Of a stretch of DNA of 64,000 nt, positions 48,721-61,642 are shown piece after piece. This DNA comes from Vicugna vicugna. Taxonomy: Eukaryota. The notes beneath the pieces were generated by a model. That model ran no database searches and was not told the origin of the DNA. It saw only the letters and a list, made by a program, of their open reading frames with translations. The translations under genes and the position numbers were made by a program. The stretch spans positions 349,965 through 413,964 of the forward strand of contig MU057403.1 in NCBI GenBank assembly GCA_013265495.1, read 5' to 3'. Positions within the stretch are counted from its first letter, which is position 1; each line of letters opens with the position of its first letter.

Positions 48721-51214
48721 GTTGCATTGACTTCATAATTGTAGTTACAATATCAATTTGACTAAATCTATATTTTAATTCCGTACCTGTAAATGTCACT
48801 GAAGAGTCTTAATAGAGTTAATAAGTTGATAAAACAGGTTATAATACGTCAGTGATGTGGAACATGTAAGGTCCATTATCACAGTAAATGAAATGTAATA
48901 GTATCCGACCTCTAACCCAGGTAATCAACCCATTAGAAGCCGGTGCCTTTGAACACAGGTGGAAAATGGAACTCACCCAAATATGCAAAACATAATCAAA
49001 GGAACATTTTCCAAGGGAAAATTAATTAAGGTGGGTAAACATATGGTTATCTTCTAATTTAAAGTGAAATTACCTTTGACACATCATGTAGATTTTAAGA
49101 GAATAAGAAGTTCTAGTTTATAACATACAGGAGTTAAAACAGTGCAGCGAACCATGTGCTGGGTGTGGAACGAAATGTAAGAGTGTAACAGAATGCTGTT
49201 TTAAAGGGTGGTGACTTTGAGCTGAAATACCATGTAGGAGTCTCTACCCGTAGTTCTTCTGGGGTGAAAACCATTTACATGTCTGCGTATAAGGGAATAG
49301 AAAAGAAAATGACTGGAAAATAAAGGGTCTGTAATGAAGTAGTTAATTCATCGAGGATTTTTTTCATTATCAGAATGGTTTTGACTTAAATACCAATTCT
49401 AGTACTGCTCTTGTGACTCTAAATCACAAGAGCAAAAACACTCCCAAATTATAATTTTTCATCCCCTACTCTAGTAGAGTACGGAAGAATAAATATTTAA
49501 TTTCTGTGCTATTTTCTAATCATTCTAGTGCTGTTTGCTAATCCCTAAATGACTACCTTTGATTTCTCCATAGGGACGTCCAGTTTTTCATATATAGCTT
49601 TTGGAACAATTAGGTCTTTTGCGTATGTTTGATTTTTACCAAATTGTGCTTTCCTAAGACCACAGGATTGCTTTTTTTTTTTTAAACAACATACCTAGTG
49701 ATCCAAGAAACCTATTTTACCTGCAGAAAGAAAGGGTGAGATGTACCGAACTTTGAATAATTTACAGTATCTTTTTAGGAAAAAGTAAATATTTTATATA
49801 TTTTATGGTAAATAAAACATGTATTTAGAAGAACAACATAAATACTTGATACGGTCCTGGGTCTCTTACTTTGGAATAGCTTTGAACAGGATGAGTTATA
49901 GATTTAGATCCACAATGAAGTTCATAGATTTACTTCTAATGAATATCTAACCCAGAGCGGTTTGTAAGTCACAGCGACTTCTGCATTTTAGTAGTTATTC
50001 TAGGTTAATCAATTCTCCTTTTCCAAGGACTTTCCTTTCCACCCCATGTTCAGTTTTCCCTTTTCTCTGTCGGTAATGGAAAAATGAACAGGTGGGCAAA
50101 CGGGCTATTAACGGAGAGACTGAGTTGGTGAAATGGCTACTGGGAGCGAAGAGGGGAGAGCAATGGGATGACTTTAAGCAGGTGATGGTTAAAGAGTTGG
50201 AGAAGCTATCATAGGTGGCCATTTCCTAGGGGGAAAAAATGAGGGTGATTCTAGGAGTGCTAAAGAATTTCTTCTAATTTTCAGAAGCTCAGACTGGACC
50301 ACCTTCACCTTGTAAAGGGTCTGAGTTCAGTGCTTAATATTTATTTTGTACCTATTAAACATTAAACTGTTATAGATTGAGGTATAAGCCTGAGGACCCT
50401 CATACTTGATAACTTTCCTTGAAGATGATTTAGTGGTATGGTTACTTCAACCTGACAGGTGCAAGTTCTCTGACTCCCATTCAGCGTAGACATGGAGAAC
50501 TTACACACACACACGTATACTCAGACTAAAGCACATATGGGGGCTGTCACACACAGACGAGTGAGGTTTATGCCAGAAAGTCTCGAGCTTTCACGTGAAA
50601 GCTGGACTCCAGGTGGATAATTTCTGTCCGCTTGCAAAGGGTAAGGGAATCAGGATGTATTAGAAATCTATCAGATGCTGGGTTTTCTTTGCAACAGCTT
50701 TGTGAGGCAGGTATTTGCATGCAATTAATTAATTAACAAGAATAGTTAAGACACATACCTAGTATTTAATTTTGAAAAACCACAAAGGAATATATAGAGG
50801 AAAATTAGTCTCACTCCACTCCATTTCCACACTGTGGCCACCTGCTACATACACAGTGATGGTTGATGAATACACTGTTTTTGCTAAAAAAGAGACAGAG
50901 GAGGGCTATACTATCCACAGAGCTCTGCACCTTGCTTTGGGCATTTAGTACCGAGAATGGCATTTTATCCTTTTATTATAAATGAGGACATGGAGGCTGG
51001 GAGCGGTCAGGTCGGCTGACTTAGCAGTGGCAGAACTGACAATTTGAAGTCTGTCTGCTTTTCATCTCAGGTGCATTTCACTTCTTGGTGTCACCTGAAG
51101 CACAGGGACAAGTTTTCATTTACAATAGGTGGCGGCTGCGCGAAGCCTAGGTGGATTGACAAAGTGCTTGAAGTCCGTCTCCTCTCTCTCCACGGATCCT
51201 TCTCCCACCTAATA

Positions 51215-51295
51215 CTGTAGGATTTGCTATTGGAAAAAAAATCACATATTAGTGGACCTGTGAAGTTCACATTTGTGTTGTTCAAGGCGAACTAT
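51215..51295. mobile_element. Tigger2/MER8-like fragment
   Basis: 'agtggacctgtgaagttcacatttgtgttgttcaaggcgaacta' is similar to the terminus at 61600-61643. Confidence 0.55.
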
Positions 51296-51335
51296 GAAAT
51301 AGCTAGCTATTGGGCAATCCACTGGAGAAAGTACA

Positions 51336-51350
51336 CCACTAGGGGGCAGC
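51336..51350 (+). promoter_or_regulatory. Candidate CTCF site (strong core match)
   Basis: CCACTAGGGGGCAGC matches the CTCF core consensus. Confidence 0.6.
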
Positions 51351-51897
51351 AGGAGAACAAAGGCCCTGCCCCCCAGGCCACACAGGTGGACGCAGGACCT
51401 GGGTGAGATCATCACAGCTCCTTACCCTCATTATGAGAAAAGTGATCTCATGGCCCAGAATGGGTCCTGCACTAGGATTTTCCTAACAGCGGCTCATTAA
51501 GGGTCTCTTCGTGAGCCTGTAAAAATGCAGGTAGAGAGCTGCCTCTAACAGTGCTCCCTGCTGGTTGAAGAGGGTCTCCTTACAATAGAAGAGAAGAAAG
51601 TTTGCACACCAATGGAAAGGATTTTAAGCCGAGACAATAAAGCATGTCCAGAAGCAAGAGAGAGCAAGCTGTCAGCCCAGAGGCAGGAAGGTGAGTGCGG
51701 CTGGTGTACAGAATCATAAGAGGAGGCTGGACTGGGGAGCATGCTTGAATCGCAAAGCTAATGCTAAGGCCACTGGAAGTGGGAGGAAAGTTTGCAGGAG
51801 AGGGTGGGCGTCTCATGATGTGCCAGGGCGGTGCTCCTGGTCGCCAGCTTACATAACGTAATTAGCATGGGCAGGAGTGGAATTTCGTGGACAGATT

Positions 51898-52054
51898 TTT
51901 TTTAAAGCAGTCTAGTTTTATTTTGTTTTTATTTTTTTGGAGGGGGGAGGGACAGGCAATTATGTTTGTTTATTTAATGGAGGTACTGGGGTTTGAACCC
52001 AGGACTTCATGTATGCTAGGCATGTGCTCTACCACTGAGCCATACCCTCCCCCG
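51898..52054 (-). mobile_element. Vic-1-like tRNA SINE (long tail form)
   Basis: 'ggaggtactggggtttgaacccagg...gctctaccactgagccataccctcccc'; TSD ggacagat at 51889-51896 and 52055-52062. Confidence 0.9.
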
Positions 52055-53481
52055 GGACAGATCTTTATTGGCTAGCTCTGGAAATATCTGGAGGGTTAGA
52101 GAACAGAGTTTGGAAAATGAATAGGAACCAAGGGAGACCAGATAACAGGGACCATCCTGCCAGGGCTTTGCAGCTGACAGCACTCCGCATGGGTGCTAGT
52201 GCCGCCGTGCTGAACGACTTCCCAGCTGTCCCTGCAGCTTGGTATGACCTCCTCAATAATCAGAGTTTTGGAGGTGAGTGTATGATTGCCCAAGCCTGGA
52301 TCACGGGCTCATCAGAGACTACTGCAATAATCCAGCTAGAGGGAGGTGGTGGTGACCAGGGTCACGGACGTGGCAGATGGCAGCCCGGATGGAGAAGGAT
52401 GAACAGACTCAAGAGATGTTAATGATGTAGAATTGAAATGGTCGATTGATCAGGTGGATGTGGGGTGATGGTGAGGAAGAGGCGGTATGTGAAGGATGAC
52501 AGTCAGTGTCTGGCTTGGGCATCTTGCTGGCTGCTGGTCCCCTCCAGAAAAACTTAGAAAACCCAGGAGGAGGAATTGAGTTCATCTTAGCTGGGTTTAC
52601 CCTACTTTCAGATGAAGGAAGTCAGAGAGATTAAATATCCTGCTGAGAGTCATACCCAGTGAGTGGCAGAGTCAGGAAACACACCAGATTGGTTTGAATG
52701 AAAACCTCATGCTCCTTCTTCACAACAGAGTGCTCTGCAAATTGGAACAGGAGGATCTGGGCGTAATCTAACAACACATTAGTTCTTTATTTACACATTG
52801 CCATCTTTTCCAAGGAAATATTTCCAAAGGAAATTTTCAATGGGAAGAAATGTTTTCATAGGAAAATAACTTGCTAGACAATTTCAGTCTGTGGCCAGTA
52901 CATTTATCTAGACTTTCATTATACTTTATTCTGCATTGTTTACTACTTAAGTCTTCTTCTTATATTTGTACTTGGGTTACTACTGTCCTTGTGCCCAGCA
53001 TTTTTAAAGGCGACTGAAGTTTTCAGCAATACTTGGGTTAGCTACAGAAAAATGTCGGCTATATATTCTAAATACTCTAGAATTTACATGTGTTTATTTA
53101 ACACATATTTATTTTGTACCTTCTGTGTGTTCTAGGCACCTGGAATGCAGGAACAGGGTAAAATAAGTAATGTCTGTGCCTTCATGAAGCTTCTCTTGTA
53201 ATTGGGAAAGAGTGACAATACACAAATAAGTATATAATTTATGTAGTGGTGATAAGTGCTGTGGAAAACATAAAACAAGGTAAGAAAGTAAGTGCTGGTC
53301 ATCTGGGATTGAGGGGTAGTTCTTACTGAGTAAGGTAATATTTGGTCAGACTGAAGAAAGAGAGAGTAAGCTGTGGGCATATCTGGAGCAAGAGTTTTTC
53401 TGGCGGATTGAATAGAATCATCAGTGCAAAGGCACTGTGGTCAAATCATTTTACTTCATGTTTCACAAATACATTGTATAT

Positions 53482-53935
53482 ACAGACGACCCCAGACTTA
53501 TGATGGTTCGATTAAGATTTTCAACTTTAAAGTGGTGTAAAACCTTTTTTGAATTTTGAGCTTTTCTTCCAGGCTAGCCACACATGGTAGATACTCTCTC
53601 GTGATACTGGCCAGCACTTCCAGTCAGCCATATGATCACAACGGTAAACAACTGATACACTTACAACCATTGTGTACCCAGACAACCATTGTTTTTCATT
53701 TTCACTACAGTATTCAATAGGTCACATGAGATGTTCAACACTTTATTGTAAAATAGGCTTTGTGTTAGATGATTTTGTAAGCTAATCTGTAAGCTAATCT
53801 AAGTGTTCTGAGCATGCTTAAGGTTGGCAAGGCTAAGCTATGACGTTTGGTGGGACAGGTGTATCAAACGCATTTTTGACTTACAATATTTTCAACTTAC
53901 GATGAGTTTATCTGGGAAGTGGAGGAAGATTTGCA
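53482..53935 (-). mobile_element. MER47-like (Tigger) DNA transposon
   Basis: 'ctaagtgttctgagcatgcttaaggt..gctaagctatga...ttttcaacttacgatg' matches recalled reverse MER47; starts ta|cagacgacccc. Confidence 0.75.
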
Positions 53936-54849
53936 TTCCTTTCATCATGGTGTAGAAGAGTGCTAGAAAGGAGGCAAGAAGGAAATTATTTGAAGTTTAT
54001 GCCTGATTCCAAAATATTTCTAAATATTTCCCCTCAATTTTGAATTTATAAGATCATGTTCTAGAGACACGTCTGGGAGAAAGATGCCTTTAAGGATTCT
54101 GAATTGTCAGTGAAAAACAAAAGTTGAATCACTAGTGCCAAGAGTGCTAGAAACTTTCTACTCGGTCTAAAATTTGCATGAATTCAGGTGGGGATCACGT
54201 TGGTCATCTAAATGAGTAGTGAGGAATATTACGCAGGTAAATTGTGACTGACTGTAAAATCAGACTGATTTTCAAATGTCCTCTTCTCAGGTTTTAGAGA
54301 TAGCTAGAAAATCCACTGTAATTCTGAGGGCTAAATATCAAAATAGCACAACTGATAACTTGCAGTTAGATGCTGGTTTTTAAACTCTGGATGAAAGTGT
54401 TGAGTATTTTTATGTGGTTCCATTTGGGTTCGAAGTTTTTAAACTTATGTTTAGCATGTTCAGCAGTCAAAAAGCATGTCAGGAACCTGTGTGGAATGGC
54501 AGGTGCACTTTATTCAATGAATATTTACTAAGACCTTGTCTCATTCCTGATTAGAAAGAAATTGTTTTTATTAAATATTAATAAAGCATGAGGTTGCCTT
54601 TTGATTCAAAATGTTTATTTTTTTCTATCGTTTTATTAGAAGCAGCTGTCAAATCCTGTTTTACTAAGGATTTTTTAAAAATCTCAGAAATATTGCTAAA
54701 TTTTCTTAAATGTCTCTTTCGTTTGCTAAAATGATTGTAGGTGTCCTGCAATAATCATATAATGATAAATGAAATTGGATTTTCTTGTGGTGAACCATTA
54801 TTCCATCAGGAGAATAAATGCCAGTAGGTTTTTTTTTTAAACTTCATGT

Positions 54850-55400
54850 ATGTATTTACTTTTAAAAGACTTGTTTGTTTAAAGCTCTTTTAGGTTTCGA
54901 GCAAAATTGAGAGGAAGGCACAGAAATTTTCCATATACTTCCTGCCCCCACACATGCACAGCCTCCCCTGTTATCAACACCCCCTACCAGAGTGGTACCC
55001 ATGTTACAACTGAGGAACCTACCCTGACATCATGATCACTCACAGTCCAGAGTTTATATTAGGGTTCATGCTTGGTGTTGTACAGTCTATGAGTTTGGAC
55101 CAACACAAAATGACTTATATCCATCATTTTAATATCATACAGAGTATTTTTATTGCCCTAAAAATCCTTTGTTCTCTGCCTATTTTTTTTTAAATTCTTT
55201 TTTTTAAATGGAGGTACTGGGGATTGAATGCAGGAGCTCATGCATAAAGTATGCGCTCTACCACCGAGCTACACCCTCCCCCTGTGCTCTGCCTATTCAT
55301 CCTTCCCTCCCGACTAACTCCTAGAGACCAGTGATCTTTTTATGTCTTTATAGTTTTGCCTTTTCCAGAATGTCATAGAGTTGGAACCATACAGTGCTAA
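54850..55400 (-). mobile_element. L1MA 3' end interrupted by a SINE
   Basis: 'gcaaaattgagaggaaggcacaga...ccccacacatgcacagcctccc...ttgccttttccagaatgtcatagagttggaa'. Confidence 0.8.
55185..55282 (-). mobile_element. Vic-1-like tRNA SINE
   Basis: Reverse SINE head and T-tail; TSD ctctgcctatt at 55174-55184 and 55287-55297. Confidence 0.9.
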
Positions 55401-56024
55401 TGGTTCTTTTAATGTAGTCCTTGAGATTTATGGTATGTTGCCTAGTTCATTCATTTTAATTGCTGAATGAGTAAGTGACCAAATATTTATCATGCTCCTT
55501 CTGAAGGGCAATTAGGTAGTTTCTCCTTTCTTACTTGGTATAAAATTCTAGGTTGGAAATAATTTTGCCTCAGAATTTTGAAGCTGTTGTTCCATGGTCT
55601 TCTCGCTCCCTTTGCAACTGTTGAGAATGTAATCATAAACACCTATTTACATAGTGTTTACGACGTGCCTGGCATTGTCCTAACATTACTCTTTCTACAA
55701 AATAGCTCATTTAATCTTTATAAAAACATTCTGAGGTATCCCCATTTCAAATATGAGAAAATTGAGGCACAGAAAGACAAAGTTGCTTGCCCCAAATCCT
55801 ATAGCAGATAAGTAGGAAGACCTGTATGTGAACCCAGGTGGTTTATCTTGAGAATTGCTTCTCAAGCACAGGATTACATCAGCTTTCATGACAGCTTAAT
55901 TCCTGGTTCTTTGTATACAACCTCGTTTTATGTCTGGTACCCTCTGTTGAGACTGCCATATTTGTGCAGGTGTGAACTTAGCTGACCTCTAAGTTTCCTG
56001 TTTTCTTCCTGGATCTTCTCTGAT

Positions 56025-57785
56025 GCCGTGGTGTGATGGTCCTATTCCTGCAGGAACCCTCCTGATCCTCACTTACATGAAACCCAAGAGAGACTTTACA
56101 GCTCAGAAGACAACCCTTGACGCAGGGGGACACAAGCTGATGGATGACTAAAGGCCCTGCCTGGCCTTTAGATGAACCATTCTCAGGGGCATCTCCAGTG
56201 GTTTCTCAGGGGGTTCCTACTGGGATTAATAAGCTCCAGATTCCCACAGCATGGACCAACCAAATCTATGATTTCTCTTTTCATGTCTCCTGCTTCGGGA
56301 GATCAATTCTCAAATAAGCTTTCTACTTGCAAGCCTTTGCCTCAGGCTTTCCTTGGGGATGGGTCAAGAGTTGGTATAAGAAGTGGCCCTTGGGATCGGG
56401 TTCCCAAACCGAATCACTTACCAGTCAGACACCAGCCAGGATCCCACTGCTGGTGGTAGGTGGAATGGGGCAAATCCTTGACATCCCAGTCACCCGGACT
56501 CTCACTGCAGTGGATGGGGGTGAAGTGCAGGTAAAGATGAAGCTTTCACTTGAGACAGATAAGGCCTTTGGCTAGTCTGTGGTGATGGTAATGACACATC
56601 GCAGATTGGCTGGTTTGGGTTAATGCTTTAGAAACTGACTGTCAACTCGGTGCAGACTTTGAAAACTGGAAGACCTCCAAGGCAGGATTTAAAGGAGGGA
56701 TCATCACTTGTGGCTGCAGAACATTTTTGGCCCAGGATTGAATCACATGGATGGCGGAGTTACAAAGAAGACTGGATCGACAGCCTTGACAGGTTTTCCG
56801 TGCAAATGCCAAGATTATGACAGGAAAGGAGAAGGATTTTGAGACCTGTCATGGGTCATTTGGGTGGATAAACCTGAGACTCTTGAATCCCCAGGTTCCC
56901 CTAAACTCTCTGGGATGGCAGAAACCACACCTCATTCCCGCCCTACCACCCTGATAAGAGAAAGAAGCTTCACTTTGCCTAGATACAGGCAAAGACCTCA
57001 ACAGAGGCAGATACCTCTTCTTACAATGTTTTTCCACCTTAATCTCTGCCCCTACCTCCCTCATTGCCTCCAGACTAGAAACCAGGATCAGGTCACAGTG
57101 TGGCTTAAGCAAGAAAATAGAGTCTGTCTTCAGGAGGAAAGAGCATACACATCAAATTGTGGTACCTCCTGGCAGAAGCCAAGGGAGCACATTTGAGAGT
57201 GGATCTTGAAAATGCTGCAACAGACAAGGCAGCATATACAACTGAGGAGGGGAGACTTTATTAATAAGGGAGCATGCTCCTGTGATGTGAAGTCTGATGG
57301 GGTCTGGGTACCACTACAGGGCACCTGTCACTCATCCTTGTGCAACCTGAAAATGTACTGTGCAATAGAGGCTAATGGAGAAACACCAGCTTTCTTTCAG
57401 CTAGAAAGTTCAGTCCGGGTTCTGTGTCTGTGGGTTCAACCAACTGTGTACTGAAAACTGATCTGTAGAAGGGGCTGGAACATCTGTGGATTCTGGTATT
57501 CACGGGGGTCCTGGAACCAATCCCCCCTCGGATACCAAGGGACAGGTATACTGAGACACGTTCTGTGAGGTTCATCAGAAAATCCCTGGCGTGAGGTATT
57601 CCGGCATCCACAGGGGTTCGCAGTTCAATGATGTACTTTTACATTGGCTTTCTTGCCTCGGCTTAACTTTCTCCAGTTTCTCTCTCCTGATCCCAGGGTT
57701 TTATTGTTAAACAAATTAGCTGCACAAAAGCTCCTGTCTCAGCTTTGCTTTCGGAAAGTAAGAGGGGGAGACCTGGGCTAAGATC
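56025..57785 (+). mobile_element. Degenerate ERVL provirus (LTR16/HERV16-like): LTR, gag remnant, LTR end
   Basis: LTR-like 3' ends at ~56300-56370 and ~57700-57785; internal start 'gttggtataagaagtgg'; translated 'EERAYTS...WQKPREHI*EWILKMLQQTRQHIQLRRGDFINKG' resembles the ERVL Gag motif (Y-KQKSGE-VWEWILRVWDNGGRNIKLDQAEFIDMG, recalled). Confidence 0.7.
57410..57550 (-). mobile_element. MER2-like Tigger MITE inserted in the ERVL relic
   Basis: 'ggggtcctggaaccaatccccc.cggataccaagggacaggta' is the reverse of the recalled MER2 terminus. Confidence 0.75.
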
Positions 57786-59589
57786 ATCTTTTACTTGGAA
57801 AATAGGTTCCTTAGATTGATCTATCAATTTTCTTTCCTTATAATGCCATTTTAGGGGTATATTTCCTATTCTTTGGGTTTGCTCTGCTGTTTCCCCAACA
57901 TCTTGGTTTGGATGCTTAACTCATTGTTTTTCCTTTTGATTGTTTTAATATGTACATTTAAGGCTGTGTATTTTCCTGCTTTCACTACAGCCTACCATTT
58001 GGTATGTTGTCTTTTTACTATTGGTTTTGTCTAAGTGTTTTAAAAATTTAGAGATGATCCTTTGACCAATGAATTATTTCAAAGTGTGTTTAAGAGTGAG
58101 GACAGGTTTATTAGCCTCTCTGTGATTGGTTTCTGATTTTTCCTGCTTTGCAATCAGAGAATATGACCTCTGTCATATCCATTCTGCAGGATTTCCTGGA
58201 CTTGTTTTGTGGAATCGAACGTGACCAGTTTTCAGAGGTATACTGGGTGAGCTTGAGGAGAACATGTTTTTTTCAAATTGTGTTGTTCAATCATTTTTTT
58301 CCAAATTTTCTTGTCTCTTGGAGAGAAAGGTGTGCTGAATAAATCAAATTCATTTTGTGTAATTTGAGATTATGTTGCTGTTTTTCCCATAGAGATTCAG
58401 GATTTTTATTTCTATTTAGTGAGTTATGCCTTTTATTATTCTGAAATGATTTTCTTTATTTCTAATAATACTTTCTACTTCTGCGTCTGTTTTGTCTGAT
58501 ATTTTTCAGCTTTCTTTTATCATTTCTTTTGTATATAATTTCACATACTGTTATTTTATTTTTTTCTGTGTTATTTTGTTTATCTTTACCTAATCTGTGA
58601 GTTTCTGTCTTTTAACTAGTAGGTTTACTTTCTTTATATTTATTTTGATAACTGATATCTTTGAATTTATTTATACCATCTTGTTTTGCACTTTATTTTT
58701 GACTTCTATTTACTTTTCCTTATACTTCCTTTCCATCTTCTGCTGAATGGGTTGATTTTTCTCTATTCTCTTTTCTCCTCCACTGGTTTAAGAGTTACCA
58801 TAGTTTTACTTTATAATGAATGCCACGTTTTCAGCTTTCTTGAAGTGTAATTGACAAATAGAGTTGTAAAATGTTTACAGTGCACAACGTGATGGCTCGA
58901 TATTTCTTACATTGTGGAAGGATTCCCACAACTGAATTAACTTATCTATCACCTCCCGTATTATAGTGGATGTCTTAACGTTGAAAAGGTGCATATTTGA
59001 CCTAACAATATATAAAAGTAGTTACTATTTCTACTGACTTTCTGAATATGACAAGAAACCTAGTGTGCTTTAACTCTGATAGTTCCTGTTCTTTATTATT
59101 ATCGTACTATTTTGATCAATCTTGTTTTGGAGTTCCCGTCACAGATTAATCATCGTTGCTTTGTTTTATATAGTCCCTGCTGGCTTGCCATTTTCCATCT
59201 TCACCTTTATTCTTGCATCTCATGCCTTTCTTCTGGGGCCAGTTTCTTTTCTTCTGGAATGTACTGTTTATAGTTTTTCTTTCTAACAGGACTGTGGGTG
59301 GGAAGCTTTTTCAGTCTTTAGAAGCACTTTTTAGTTTACCCTCACCTTCACCTTTGCATCATAGTTTAGGCAGATATAAAACTTAAGAATGACAGTGTTT
59401 CCCCTGGCACTTTGGAGATTCAGTTAACTTTAGGTAGCTATTTTTGCTGATAGGAGTAGGCTGTAATCTAATTACCATTCCTTTGTAAGTTATACATCTT
59501 TCCTCTTTGGTTGCTTCTAGGACTTTGTCTTTGGGGTCCTGAAGTTTTATTACAGCATTTCTAGACTTGGATGTATTTTCATTCCTCAT

Positions 59590-60200
59590 GAATGGGGGCT
59601 GATTGACAGGGGGAACCAGTCATGTGATTAGAGGACTGAAACTTTCAGTTCTATCTCCAACCTCCAAAGAGGAGAAGTGATGGAGGTTGACTGGATCACC
59701 AGTGGCCAATGATTTGATCAATATTGCCTATGTAGTGTAGTCTCCATAAAAACCCAAAAAGATGAGGTTTGGAGAGATTCCAGGTTGGTGAACGTGCAGA
59801 GATTTGGGGCAGATTGCATGGAAGTGCTCTGCCTCTTCCCACATACCATGCCTTATGCATCCCTTCCATTTGGCTATTCCTGAATTATATCCTTTTACAA
59901 TAAACCAGCAATCTAGTAAGCCAAATGTTTCTCTGAGTTCTCTGGCATGCTCTACCAAGTTAATCAAACCCAAGGAGTGGGATGTTGGAGCCTGTGATCT
60001 ACAGTCAGTTGGTCAGAAGCACAGGTAACAACCTGGACTTGTATTGTTGCCTCAAGTGGGTAAAGGGGCAGTCCTATAGGACTGAGTGCCTAACTGCGGG
60101 ATCTGATGCTGTCTCCTGGTTGACAGCGTTAGAGCTGAGTTACTTGCTTACTGGTGCATGAGAAAAAACCACACGCACACACTGGAGTCGCTGTCAGAAT
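59590..60200 (+). mobile_element. MER21-like LTR
   Basis: 'gattagaggactgaaactttcag...atcaccagtggccaatgatttgatcaat..tgcctatgta...ctccataaaaaccc' matches recalled MER21. Confidence 0.75.
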
Positions 60201-60229
60201 TAAATAGAATCTAAGTCCTCTTGTTGACT

Positions 60230-61237
60230 ATATGCTAGGCTTAGCAACTTGTATGACCAATTGAATCCAGGAGAAGTAATGTCCTGGCACTTCAGAGACT
60301 AGATCATAAGAAACTTGCAGCTTCTATTCTGCCCAGATCTTTTAGAACATCTTTTTGTTTGTTCTGTTTTTTAATTTTTTAAATTGAAGTACAGTTGGTT
60401 TACAATGTTGTGTTAAATTCTGGTGTACAGCATAGTGTTTCAGTTATACATATGTATATATTCCTTTTCATATTCTTTTTCATTATAGGCTATGACAAGG
60501 TATTGAATATAATTCCCTGTGCTATACAGTGGGACCTTTCTGTTTTTTTGTTTCATATGTAGTAGTTAATATCTGCTAACCCCAAATGCCTTAAGTCCAT
60601 TTGTGTGATTTTTTTTTAGACTCCACATGTAAGTCATATCATATGGTATTTGTCTTTCTATGTCTGACTTTCTTCACTTAGTATGACAATCTCCAGGTCC
60701 ATCCATGTTGCTGCAAATGGCATTATTTTATTCTTTTTAATGGCTGAGTAGTATTCCATTATAGTATGTAAACCACATCTTCTTTATCTAGCCATCTGTC
60801 AATGGATATTTAGGTTGCTTCTATGTTTTGGCTATTATAAATAGTGCTGTTCTGAGCATTGGGGTGCATGTATCTTTTCAAATTTGAGTTTCCTCCAGGT
60901 ATATGCAGAACATCTTTGATGGGAACTGTTGGCCTCTAAGTAAGAAATCTGGCTACGCTGAGATCACTGTGCTGGAGAGACTAAGGGTGTAGACACTCCA
61001 GTTGACAGCCTCAGCTGAACTCATCCTCTGAATTATCCCCAACAAAGGACAAGATGTGTGAGTGAAGCCACATGGAACCCTTCAGGGCACATTCGGTACC
61101 TTATGAGACATTAGTATCACCCAGCTGAGAACTGCCTGAATTCCTGACCCACAGATATCTTGAGGGCTAATAAAACGTTACTGTTTCAAACCACTAGGTG
61201 TTGGGGTAATTTGTTCTGCAGCAGTACATAACAGTAC
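60230..61237 (+). mobile_element. MLT1 LTR split by an L1 insertion
   Basis: Ends 'aaaccactaggtgttggggtaatttgttctgcagcagtacataacagtaca'; interrupted at 60355-60906. Confidence 0.7.
60355..60906 (-). mobile_element. 5'-truncated L1 with TSD
   Basis: L1 3' end; TSD agaacatcttt at 60344-60354 and 60907-60917. Confidence 0.92.
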
Positions 61238-61450
61238 ATGGGGCTTCTTAGGTTTTTCTACAAGCCTTTTAGCTTCTATTTCAAGCTTTCCATCATCTTT
61301 TCTTTCAGTGGAGAATTTTATCACAATAGTATTCCAGATCATGAATTCTCTCATTAGCCATGTTTAATCTTGTTACTTGACCTATCCATTGATTATTTTT
61401 AAAATTATTTTATTTTTTCTTCATTAATTATTTGGATATCGATGACAATA

Positions 61451-61642
61451 CAGTTGACCCTTGAAAAACACACAGGTTAATCTGAGTATAATTTATGGTT
61501 GGCCCTCCCTATTAAAGATTTCTCCACATCCTTGAATTCAACCAACCACAGATTGTGTAGGAACATAGCATTAACACTTGAAAAATATCTGTGTATAAGT
61601 GGACCTGTGTGGTTCAAACCTGTGTTGTTCAGGTGTCCACTG
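61451..61642. mobile_element. Tigger2/MER8-like MITE
   Basis: Imperfect TIRs cagttgacccttgaa ... ttcaggtgtccactg flanked by TA on both sides. Confidence 0.75.

Noticed and set aside
44570..48799. Many Pro/Ser/His-rich or Gly/Trp/Met-rich ORFs (up to 163 aa)
   Set aside because: They are translations of the 19/16-bp satellite. The unit length is not a multiple of 3, and the same peptides occur in all frames and on both strands.
49406..49434. Hairpin TGCTCTTGTGA-ctctaaa-TCACAAGAGCA (similar short stems at ~38667-38689 and ~61951-61996)
   Set aside because: Stems of 9-11 bp are too short for a pre-miRNA and have no supporting context.
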